Shown here piece by piece: positions 8,260 to 15,543 of a DNA stretch of 20,757 nt (position 1 is the stretch's first letter; each line of letters begins with the position of its first letter). Both the position numbers and the translations under genes were made by a program. The notes beneath the pieces were generated by a model. It saw only the letters and a list, made by a program, of their open reading frames with translations. It made no database searches and was not told the origin of the DNA. The stretch covers positions 1-20,757 of the forward strand of contig JAVVGN010000032.1 in assembly GCA_032249095.1 (NCBI GenBank), written 5' to 3'. This stretch comes from Candidatus Caldarchaeales archaeon (lineage in GTDB: Archaea > Thermoproteota > Nitrososphaeria_A > Caldarchaeales > Calditenuaceae).

Positions 8260-9843
8260 ATCGATTACGTTGAGATCCTCGATACAACGCTCCGAGACGG
8301 CGCCCAGACGAGAGGAGTCTCTCTAAGCCTCAGGGACAAGCTTAGGATAGCTGAGAAGCTGGACGAGCTGGGCATAGATATTATAGAGGCTGGTTGGCCC
8401 GGAGCCAATCCCAAGGACTCCGACTTCTTCAGGTATGCGAAGGAGCATCTCTCTCTCACCCACAGTAAGCTCGCCGTCTTCGGAAGCACGAGGAGGAAGA
8501 GTGTGGAGGCTGATAAGGACCCGATCCTCAGGACCCTAGTCTCGATCGACGTGCCCTACGCGGTGATATTCGGCAAGAGCTGGACTCTACACGTGGAGGA
8601 GGTTCTGAAGGCTTCACGTGAAGAGAACCTGGAAATGGTTGTCGATACCATACAGTATCTCAGGGAGCACGGCTTCGAGGTGGTGTTTGACGCGGAGCAC
8701 TTCTTCGACGGCTACAAGGACAACCCAGACTACGCCCTATCCGTGCTTAGGAGTGCCGAGGAGGCTGGCGCCCGAACAATAGTTCTCTGCGACACCAACG
8801 GGGGGACGCTTCCACACGAGGTCTCGAGGATCGTGGGCGAGGTGAGGCGAGTCGTCAGGACTCCCCTAGGGATTCACACCCATAATGACGGGGGGTGTGC
8901 GGTCGCCAACAGCCTCGTGGCGGTCGAAGGTGGTGTGAGGCATGTGCAGGGGACCTTCATAGGCCTGGGGGAGAGGTGTGGTAACGCTGATCTTGTCCAA
9001 GTAATACCGGCGCTCCGCCTCAAGATGGGCTACCTCTGCCTCAAGGATGGGGACTTGGCCAGGCTGAAGAGGCTTACCGAGGTCTCCCGCTTCATAGCCG
9101 GCGTCACTGGCTTCTCCTTACCTGTTAACCACCCCTACGTGGGCAAGAACGCTTTTGCCCATAAGGGTGGAGTACACATCGACGCTATGCTCAAGACTCC
9201 GAGGTCTTACGAACACATAGACCCGTCGCTCGTAGGCAACGATCGCGTCCTCTCCGTCTCAGAGTACGGAGGCCGGGCCGCTCTCCTCGATCTAGCTAGG
9301 AGGGTGGGGCTCCAGCTAACGAAGGAGGACCTAGGCGCCTTAACGGAGCAGATAAAGAGGATGGAGGCAGAGGGCTACCACTTCGAGCCGGCCGAAGCCA
9401 CCGTGATCCTGCTGCTCCTCAAGCACCTCAAACTCCATAGAGACTTTTTCGAGGTAAAGAGCTGGTGGGTCGAGTCCATAAACATTGGCCAGAAAGTCTC
9501 TAGGGCGATAGTCACGATAGCTATCAATGGAGATGTGGTGACGGCGGTGGGCGAGGGGGTTGGGCCGGTCCATGCTCTCGACCTAGCTGTCAGAAACGCC
9601 GTATCGAACAGGTTCCCATCCCTCAAGGGGGTCACACTCTCAGACTACAAGGTATACGTCGTGGATAGCAAGGACGGTACCGGGGCCGCTGTAAGGGTAT
9701 TCGCAGAGTTCGCCTGGAACGGGCAGACGTGGGTGACGACGCACGTCTCCAAGAACATAATCGAGGCGAGCCTAGCAGCGATAATAGATGGGTACCACTA
9801 CCTGCTATCAGTTCTCGAGCCAGGATTGCTTGAGAAAAAGTAA
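8260..9843 (+). CDS. cimA: citramalate synthase / 2-isopropylmalate synthase family protein (CimA type); the open frame lacks a canonical start for its N-terminal 81 codons
   Basis: The frame of tracked ORF 8503-9843 stays open back to 8260. That stretch encodes the catalytic N-terminus [50 protein letters not shown]. Downstream motifs are GIHTHNDGG and a C-terminal regulatory domain. The likely ATG (8244) is in a different frame. Confidence 0.85.
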   Translation: MDYVEILDTTLRDGAQTRGVSLSLRDKLRIAEKLDELGIDIIEAGWPGANPKDSDFFRYAKEHLSLTHSKLAVFGSTRRKSVEADKDPILRTLVSIDVPYAVIFGKSWTLHVEEVLKASREENLEMVVDTIQYLREHGFEVVFDAEHFFDGYKDNPDYALSVLRSAEEAGARTIVLCDTNGGTLPHEVSRIVGEVRRVVRTPLGIHTHNDGGCAVANSLVAVEGGVRHVQGTFIGLGERCGNADLVQVIPALRLKMGYLCLKDGDLARLKRLTEVSRFIAGVTGFSLPVNHPYVGKNAFAHKGGVHIDAMLKTPRSYEHIDPSLVGNDRVLSVSEYGGRAALLDLARRVGLQLTKEDLGALTEQIKRMEAEGYHFEPAEATVILLLLKHLKLHRDFFEVKSWWVESINIGQKVSRAIVTIAINGDVVTAVGEGVGPVHALDLAVRNAVSNRFPSLKGVTLSDYKVYVVDSKDGTGAAVRVFAEFAWNGQTWVTTHVSKNIIEASLAAIIDGYHYLLSVLEPGLLEKK

Positions 9844-9863
9844 GAAGGTTAGGCTGTGCGGAA

Positions 9864-10700
9864 CTATTGTGCCGGCTCCAAGATGTATGTGATCTCCACC
9901 GTGACTTGGTACGTCGCCTCGCCCGGCATGACGGTCGGCCCCTGAGACCCGGGCGCCCCAGCCTCCACGGCCCTTACCGGCATCGGTACGAATGGGTATC
10001 CCTCCTCGGGGAAGCTGACCGTGATGTGCTTGATGCCCTTTATCTGCAGGTTCATGAGGCCCGCCAGTGCCTTGGCCTTAGAAGAGGCGTCTGCGAGGGC
10101 GTTCTTGAGCGCTGTGTCCCTTAGGCGTGCCTTAGTCTCGTCGGTTAGGTCGAATGTGACTCCCCAGAGCTGGGTGGCGCCAGCCCCAATCGCGTCTCCA
10201 AGTATCTTGGCCGAATCAGCTAGGAGTCGTCCCTCGAGGACGACCGTGATCTGGGACGAGGCTATGTATCCGTTCTGCTGGCACCCCGTGTCAGGCTTGC
10301 ACTCCCAGTAGGGTCCGACGGAGAGGTAGGATGTCTTAATGTTCTTCTCGGGGACGCCGTTAGCGAGGAGTGATGAAATCACGCTATTCATCTGCCTGCT
10401 CATCTTGTCTGACGCCTCGAGCACTGTCTCGCCTCGCGCCTCCACGCCTAAGGTGAACGTGGCCTTGTCGGGAGTGTATCTGATTGTTCCTGACCCCCTG
10501 ATAGGTAGCAGGATCTCCTTGTCATCGCTTGTCGGTCCCTCTACCTGGGAACCTGTCGACTCTCGGGCTACCGTTGACATGAGGCTCATGGAGTAGAGGG
10601 AGGTAGCTGCCACGGCCGCTATCGCTATCAGCGCTACAGCTATGACGTAAACCGGCAAGCTCTGCCCCAAAACCGACTTGTTTCCCTTCACGGCCAGCAA
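9864..10700 (-). CDS. SIMPL (DUF541) domain protein with an N-terminal membrane anchor
   Basis: 278-aa ORF with an N-terminal TM helix (VYVIAVALIAIAAVAATSLY) and the SIMPL-like pattern TFTLGVEARGETVLEASDKMSRQMNSVISSLLANGVPEKNIKT. The likely true start is GTG 10691, 22 nt after a TATA-like box. Confidence 0.75.
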   Translation of the reverse strand: MLAVKGNKSVLGQSLPVYVIAVALIAIAAVAATSLYSMSLMSTVARESTGSQVEGPTSDDKEILLPIRGSGTIRYTPDKATFTLGVEARGETVLEASDKMSRQMNSVISSLLANGVPEKNIKTSYLSVGPYWECKPDTGCQQNGYIASSQITVVLEGRLLADSAKILGDAIGAGATQLWGVTFDLTDETKARLRDTALKNALADASSKAKALAGLMNLQIKGIKHITVSFPEEGYPFVPMPVRAVEAGAPGSQGPTVMPGEATYQVTVEITYILEPAQ

Positions 10701-10750
10701 TAGGCTGAACAGTATATTTCAAGCTTTGCCATAGTGCGGCGGGGCAGGTA

Positions 10751-10761
10751 AAGATTTTATC
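10751..10761 (+). promoter_or_regulatory. TATA-like box for the 10782 ORF
   Basis: AAGATTTTATC ends about 22 nt upstream of GTG 10782. Confidence 0.4.
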
Positions 10762-10781
10762 TGCAGCGCACACGTAGTTTT

Positions 10782-11267
10782 GTGCCACCTGAGCACGGCG
10801 ACCAAGAGTTCGAGGTTGAAGTCGAGTCACAAATCTCTCCCACAACGAGTGTAAGGGTAAGGGGAAGTGTTAGGGCGCCGAGCCTCGAGGAGGCGTTGAA
10901 GAAGATTTGGGGCATCGTTGCCTCGGCAGGTCTGCCCACAGAGCCCGGAGTAAAGCCGTCCCAGGGAGGCGAGAGGCGCTTCCCACAGGAGCTCTTGCCG
11001 CATCTCTCCGCCCTGAGTAACAAGGATTTCGTGGCCCTGCTGCTATACTTTGAGGGCCCGATGTCGAGGGAGCAGATAAGCCAGCGGTCGAGGGAGCTCG
11101 GCAAAACCATCTCGAAGACCTGGCTCGACACAGAGTTCTTCCGCCGCCCCGTCAAAGACCTCTTTATAGCGGAGACCGATGCTTCGGGCTCGAAGGTCTA
11201 CAGGCTTACAGAGGTCGGCAGGGTGGAGGCCGAGGGCGTTCTTGCCCGCCTCCGCGGAAAGGCGTAA
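10782..11267 (+). CDS. hypothetical protein with a C-terminal winged-helix-like domain (161 aa)
   Basis: Leaderless-type promoter geometry. The C-terminal half (FVALLLYFEGPMSREQISQRSRELGKTISKTWL ... KVYRLTEVGRVEAEG) has a helix-turn-helix-plus-wing pattern. No family was recognised. Confidence 0.5.
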   Translation: MPPEHGDQEFEVEVESQISPTTSVRVRGSVRAPSLEEALKKIWGIVASAGLPTEPGVKPSQGGERRFPQELLPHLSALSNKDFVALLLYFEGPMSREQISQRSRELGKTISKTWLDTEFFRRPVKDLFIAETDASGSKVYRLTEVGRVEAEGVLARLRGKA

Positions 11268-11280
11268 GCCGAGGCTGGCG

Positions 11281-11697
11281 CTATCCCCGCGAGATGTGTC
11301 GGAGAAAAGCGTCAATCAACGACCTAAGCGGGTGGGATGGGCTGGCTCTCGCCCTCCACTCGTCTAGGTGCTTGGCCAGCTCGGCCACGAAGCCTTCCGG
11401 GTCCTTCGCGACGCGCGCGAGGGCCTGGGGTGGAAGATCCCTCAGCGCGATCTCTCTTATCCGGGTCTCCATGAAGGGTCCGAACTCTCCCCTAGTAGTG
11501 CTGAGGGCGATTATTCTGCCGCCCTCAGCTATGTAGGAGACTCCCGGCTGCCTTGAGATCTCGAAGCCCCACTCGACTCCCGGCGGAACGAGAGTTTTGA
11601 TCAGCGCAACCAGCTCGTAAGCCTTCTCGAGCCCTCCACCCTGCCTAAGCTCAACCACCAGCCGCATCACCTTCTCCGCTATCTCCTCCCCACTCAT
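11281..11697 (-). CDS. hypothetical protein (138 aa), co-oriented with XPF and overlapping it
   Basis: ATG-initiated ORF whose start lies 47 nt inside the 3' end of the XPF ORF. No recognisable motif. Confidence 0.5.
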   Translation of the reverse strand: MSGEEIAEKVMRLVVELRQGGGLEKAYELVALIKTLVPPGVEWGFEISRQPGVSYIAEGGRIIALSTTRGEFGPFMETRIREIALRDLPPQALARVAKDPEGFVAELAKHLDEWRARASPSHPLRSLIDAFLRHISRG

Positions 11698-12397
11698 TTT
11701 GGCTAGGCTCTGGCGGGGGCTCCGTATAAATCGTGTTCACGACGAGGTGTATCCGCGAGAGCGTGGTGGTGGGGATCCTGCGGCCCCCCACCCTCAGACC
11801 CCTCAGGCCCGCCTCCACGACGGGTAGCGGGTTCTTGTGGAAGAAGTCTATCACGGCTCCGAGGGTGCCGAAGTGTGTGAGGAGGGCCTTCGCGGTCTTG
11901 TGCCCACACAGCCCCTCAAGTGTGTAGAGGGCCTGCTCCTGGGGTTCCATCTCCCTGCCGCTGACGCGGAGCGGATACTCGCGCCTAGCCGGCTCCTCGC
12001 CGAGTCTCTTATGCTTCCACGCCAGGTAGGTCAGCGTCGCCTTAACGTCGGGGGTCGGGATTATCGGTATCCCCCACTCGACCACTATACGGTCTATGAG
12101 TCCGAGGATGGCGGCCTCGTTCCACCTGCTCTTCCTATAGAGACCTAGGTATCCCTCTAGGATCAGGATCCTCTCTCCCTCGAAGCTCTTTAGCAGTGTC
12201 AGCTGGTCCCAGAGCCTCCCCTTGAGGCTGTTGAGAAAGTCGAATATCCGCTTCCTCTCCACGAGGGCCTGGCCCCGGGCACCCACGATAAGGTAGTCTC
12301 CCGCCTCTAGCGGCCTCACCGCAACCTCCGCCACCTTCCTTAGGGACTCGACCAGCCTGGAGCTCTCGGCGGCCTCGTTTGCATCCACCACGATCAT
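11651..12397 (-). CDS. short archaeal XPF-type (ERCC4 domain) structure-specific nuclease
   Basis: 248 aa with the ERCC4 signature GDYLIV...VERKRIFD (GDxn-ERKxxxD), followed by a degenerate tandem helix-hairpin-helix region (LEGLCGHKTAKALLTHFGTLGAVI ...). A TATA-like box ends 24 nt upstream of the ATG. Confidence 0.8.
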   Translation of the reverse strand: MIVVDANEAAESSRLVESLRKVAEVAVRPLEAGDYLIVGARGQALVERKRIFDFLNSLKGRLWDQLTLLKSFEGERILILEGYLGLYRKSRWNEAAILGLIDRIVVEWGIPIIPTPDVKATLTYLAWKHKRLGEEPARREYPLRVSGREMEPQEQALYTLEGLCGHKTAKALLTHFGTLGAVIDFFHKNPLPVVEAGLRGLRVGGRRIPTTTLSRIHLVVNTIYTEPPPEPSQNEWGGDSGEGDAAGG

Positions 12398-12420
12398 GCC
12401 ATCGCGCTAGAGGGGGCAAG

Positions 12421-12430
12421 GTTATTAGAA
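12421..12430 (-). promoter_or_regulatory. TATA-like box for XPF
   Basis: The minus strand reads TTCTAATAAC and ends 24 nt upstream of ATG 12397. Confidence 0.4.
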
Positions 12431-12778
12431 TACACTATTTGTGGCGGGCCGCGCCCTCCCCCTCGGCGATAGCTCTTCTACTCGTAGCGTTTGGGCCGGG
12501 ACTCATATGCAGGTCCTGGCCCCGGCGCGGCGCCATCGGCCCTTGTGGACCTCCTCGCAGCTCATCCATACCCTTTACGCAAGTGGAAAGCCTATCTATC
12601 AACACCATAACGTTGTAGTAGAGGGATCCAACTATTGTAATGCTTAAAGTGATTTTGAAAAGGGAAAAGAGAGGGGGAGGGGTTGGATTTTCCCCAGCCA
12701 GACACTAGAGAGGCCCAGAAGGCCGGAAGGTGTATCGCTCAGACCACACCACCCTTATAAGATTATCTCATAGGGGTG

Positions 12779-12886
12779 GGTAGTGTCCAAATAAGTCTTT
12801 AAATACTGTCTTGGGGCGTCTATTTCTACTCGCGAGTTTGTTTCACGAGGACCTCAGCTATATAAACCCGTTATTTGGACGCTACC
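12779..12886. mobile_element. MITE-like non-coding element, copy B (108 bp), inverted relative to copy A
   Basis: Ends are GGTAGTGTCCAAATAA ... TTATTTGGACGCTACC. Its reverse complement matches 144-252 at about 95%. Confidence 0.6.
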
Positions 12887-12906
12887 GGAGATGAGCCAAA
12901 AAATGC

Positions 12907-12922
12907 TTATTTGGACACTATC
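12907..12922. repeat. solo copy of the MITE right-end terminal repeat
   Basis: TTATTTGGACACTATC is identical over 16/16 nt to the right end of copy A (236-251). It lies 20 nt beyond the end of copy B. Confidence 0.5.
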
Positions 12923-13230
12923 GGCTACTTTGTAGCAAAGCTTTAGCCCGTCGGCTGGATTTTCGCGTCAGGGTTGTTTGACTGGAACGGCGTAAAGCTC
13001 CGCCAGATAGGGATCGTTGCTAGCCCCTCAGAGGAAAACCTTGCCCAATGTATCCTCCATGAGGGTGAAGAGAGTCACGACCGAGACCCTCGTCCTGATA
13101 GATAATCGTCAGAGCTAGTAGATAATCGTTAGTTATTTAAACCGCTTTATAATATCATGACTAACATAATCGTGATGGTGGCGACGCGCATGGACCGCCG
13201 CCGGGCCTGGCCCAATGGTAGTGATGAGGA

Positions 13231-13722
13231 ATGGATCTTCAGCTGAGAGAGCGGATAGAGCTGCTGAGGCAGGGAATGATACATAGGGCCATACTCCCAC
13301 TCCTGGAGGAGCGGGGCTTCCTGCCGTCCGGCTGGAAGAGGCCGGTCTCCCTCGAGGATATGGAGCTGAGGGAGGAGGGCTGGGTCCCCCTGTACACCAG
13401 ATACACCACCTGGGAGACCTACGTGAGGGACGACCCCCTAGTCATATACTTCAACACCTTCTACGGCGATGTCCACGAGAGGGCGTACAGATATTGCTTC
13501 GTCGAGTACATCCTTCCGTGGAGGAATTATCAGCTCGACCACAGCCTCATAGGTGTCTTCACGAGGCTCAATCTAGTTGAGGGTGGCTATGTCTGGAAAT
13601 CCAAGCACATGGTCGACATAACTAGTGCTGAGCGCTCCGTCTCGGAGCTGGAGAAGAACTACGACGAGCTCCTGCTGGCCCTGATGGAGGCCGGTGTCTT
13701 GGACACCTCCACTAAAGATTAA
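13231..13722 (+). CDS. hypothetical protein (163 aa)
   Basis: ATG-initiated ORF with coding-like composition and no recognisable motif, immediately upstream of the LOG-like gene. Confidence 0.5.
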   Translation: MDLQLRERIELLRQGMIHRAILPLLEERGFLPSGWKRPVSLEDMELREEGWVPLYTRYTTWETYVRDDPLVIYFNTFYGDVHERAYRYCFVEYILPWRNYQLDHSLIGVFTRLNLVEGGYVWKSKHMVDITSAERSVSELEKNYDELLLALMEAGVLDTSTKD

Positions 13723-13759
13723 GCGTGGGCAGAGAGGGGGTGGATACTTGGTGGTGTGC

Positions 13760-14287
13760 ATGTCAGGGATCGCTGGTAGGAGGCTACAGATACTCGTCGT
13801 GGGATACAATGAGGACTCCTGCACCGATAAGGCGAGGAGGCTGGCGTACGAGGTCGGCGCGGAGATAGCTAGTCGGGGATGCATCCTCGTCACGGGAGGC
13901 CTTGGAGGCGTGATGGAGGCCGCATCGAAGGGTGCGGCGGAGAGGGGTGGGATAACGCTCTCGATAGTCCCGCAGAAGACGATCGACTCGGCGAACCCCT
14001 ACAGCACCGTGAGGGTCGCTACCGGCCTTAGCCACATGAGGAACTTCGTCAACGTCTGGTCCTCCGACGGCGTGATAGTGGTGGGTGGTGGAGCCGGGAC
14101 GCTGATAGAGGTTGCGGCAGCCTACCTCGAGGAGAAGCCGATCGTATCCATCGTCGGCTCGGGCGGCGTGGCGGACGAGCTGGCTGGGAAGTACCTCGAC
14201 GATCGGAGAAAGGTCCTGATCCACGGCGAGCCCTCGCCAAGGCAGGCGGTGGAGAGGCTGCTCAGCCTGATCTCCCCTCGGCCGTGA
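13760..14287 (+). CDS. LOG / TIGR00725-like Rossmann-fold protein (SLOG superfamily)
   Basis: Motifs LVTGGLGGVMEAASKGAAERGG and VGGGAGTLIEVAAAY (GGxGTxxE). The track ORF starts at 13694. ATG 13760 is preferred because it avoids overlap with the preceding ORF and precedes the first beta-strand (LQILVVGY). Confidence 0.75.
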   Translation: MSGIAGRRLQILVVGYNEDSCTDKARRLAYEVGAEIASRGCILVTGGLGGVMEAASKGAAERGGITLSIVPQKTIDSANPYSTVRVATGLSHMRNFVNVWSSDGVIVVGGGAGTLIEVAAAYLEEKPIVSIVGSGGVADELAGKYLDDRRKVLIHGEPSPRQAVERLLSLISPRP

Positions 14288-14705
14288 TGACCCTCAGAAT
14301 CATCGCGGTGTTTGTCTCCCTCACACCCGGAACCGTCCTTATCTCCTCGATGCATCTGTTAAGCTCCGCCAAGTTGCTGACCGAGATCACGACCAGGGCG
14401 TCGTACTGCCCCGTGACCTCGTAGACTTTCTCGACGCCCTCGAGGGAGGAGAGTCTCTCGGCCACCTTGGGGGTGGGGACGGTGGGGTCGACCGAGACCA
14501 TCGATATGGCGTGCACCTGTCCAGACGTGTCCAGCTCGACCGTGAAGCGCCTGATGACTCCCGCGTCTACGAGCCTCTTAACCCTCTTCCGGACGGTCCC
14601 CTCCGCCACCCCTAGCTTCCTGCCCAACTCCCGGTAGCTGGCCCTACCGTCCCTCCTAAGCAGGTCTATCAGACGCCTATCAATATCATCTAGATCCACA
14701 GGCAA
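14262..14705 (-). CDS. Lrp/AsnC family transcriptional regulator
   Basis: 147 aa with an N-terminal HTH (IDRRLIDLLRRDGRASYRELGRKLGVAEGTVRKRVKRLVDAGVI) and a C-terminal RAM-like ligand domain. Confidence 0.9.
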   Translation of the reverse strand: MPVDLDDIDRRLIDLLRRDGRASYRELGRKLGVAEGTVRKRVKRLVDAGVIRRFTVELDTSGQVHAISMVSVDPTVPTPKVAERLSSLEGVEKVYEVTGQYDALVVISVSNLAELNRCIEEIRTVPGVRETNTAMILRVITAEGRSG

Positions 14706-14733
14706 GCCGGCTGCCCATCATTAGGTCTGAGGC

Positions 14734-14752
14734 CCCTAAATTATTTTTAGGG
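14734..14752. promoter_or_regulatory. AT-rich palindrome CCCTAAA-TTATT-TTTAGGG in the Lrp upstream region
   Basis: Perfect 7-bp inverted arms with a 5-nt spacer. The sequence is also TATA-like and lies about 30-45 nt upstream of the Lrp start. Confidence 0.35.
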
Positions 14753-14846
14753 AGGGCCCGCGCCCGTTGAAGACCTGGCCCCCGACACTCCTTAATAGTT
14801 TCTCGGTATATAGGGGGGAACTCGCCGCCAGCCACGGCCACGTCCC

Positions 14847-14855
14847 TTAAAATAT
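14847..14855 (+). promoter_or_regulatory. TATA-like box for the GG-terminated small protein
   Basis: TTAAAATAT ends 24 nt upstream of ATG 14879. Confidence 0.45.
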
Positions 14856-14878
14856 GGCTCACCGACACGCGGGTCGGC

Positions 14879-15115
14879 ATGGAGGTCGAGATTATTCCGC
14901 TGGTGGGTCCGCCTAGGAGGGTTAAGCTATCGGTCCGGCAGTCGGAGACGGTGGGTATGCTTCTGGAAAGGGTGATGGAGCTCTTAGGTGCTTCCGGCGG
15001 CTTCTTCAGACTCGTGAGCAACGGTAGGGTCCTGGACGACGCCGCAAAGGTTGAGGAGGCTTTGAGCGGGGCGGATGGCCGGCTCTTCTTCTATCCCGAG
15101 GTCTTAGGTGGCTGA
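14879..15115 (+). CDS. MoaD/ThiS-family beta-grasp (ubiquitin-like, SAMP-like) small protein ending in Gly-Gly
   Basis: 78 aa ending ...DGRLFFYPEVLGG directly before the stop. Size and pattern (NGRVLDD ... DG..FFYPEV.GG) resemble MoaD/ThiS sulfur carriers. The promoter geometry is leaderless. Confidence 0.65.
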   Translation: MEVEIIPLVGPPRRVKLSVRQSETVGMLLERVMELLGASGGFFRLVSNGRVLDDAAKVEEALSGADGRLFFYPEVLGG

Positions 15116-15543
15116 CTCCACAGGTATCCGAGGACCGATAGTGCCAGCACCACGGCGCCTGCCGCGTGGGCCGCTGTGCAGAGTAGGCATATGCTTCCTA
15201 TCAGGAGGACCTCGACGAGGAGGAGGGCGACGGCCCCCAATACACCGATCACCCCCCACATGAGGAGCAGATGTGGGGGAATCCTCCCAATTCCTGTTAG
15301 GAGCGAGAGAAGGAGGGCGACGCCGAACCAGAAGGCCCCCACCGCCGCGATCGGGACGCCCATTATGCTGGAGTAGCTGCTAAGGATGACGGCTGAGCAC
15401 GAGAAGGTGGAGCCTATCTCGCAGAACTCGGGGAGGGGGTTTGGGAGAGTCAGGTAGGTTGATAAGCCTAGGCCTCCGGCCGAGACGGTGGCTGAGACAT
15501 AGTAGAGGGTTCTAATGCTGCTGGCGGCCATCCCCCTTCTCAT
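15091..15543 (-). CDS. vitamin K epoxide reductase (VKOR) family membrane protein
   Basis: 150 aa with about 4 TM segments, the loop cysteine pair CEIGSTFSCSAV followed by SSYSSIMGVP, and a CLLC redox motif in the last TM helix. Confidence 0.7.
   Translation of the reverse strand: MRRGMAASSIRTLYYVSATVSAGGLGLSTYLTLPNPLPEFCEIGSTFSCSAVILSSYSSIMGVPIAAVGAFWFGVALLLSLLTGIGRIPPHLLLMWGVIGVLGAVALLLVEVLLIGSICLLCTAAHAAGAVVLALSVLGYLWSQPPKTSG

Noticed and set aside
8138-8326. ORF 8138-8326 (+, 62 aa) upstream of and overlapping the cimA N-terminus
   Set aside because: It begins upstream of the cimA TATA-like box and reads the conserved LDTTLRDG-coding DNA out of frame. It has no motif.
12707-12735. SRP-RNA-like GGCCGGAAGG segment
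   Set aside because: It only partly resembles the helix-8 CCGGAAGG context. The adjacent conserved AGCA-type loop sequence and an Alu-domain-like 5' end are absent.
253-12778. The 12.5 kb between the two inverted MITE copies as a composite transposon
   Set aside because: The interval is filled with core housekeeping genes (thrC, tRNAs, gap-pgk, cimA, XPF) of native composition and contains no transposase. Recombination-mediated inversion is plausible; mobility as a unit is not.
13026-13040. RNase P RNA-like GAGGAAAACC
   Set aside because: It differs from the conserved GAGGAAAGTCC core, and no other conserved RNase P regions (CR-IV/V-like) are visible nearby.
13219-13250. C/D-box sRNA-like GTGATGA (13222-13228) followed by CTGA (about 13244-13247)
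   Set aside because: The boxes are only about 15 nt apart, too short for a guide region. There are no C'/D' boxes or terminal stem, and the region overlaps the start of ORF 13231.
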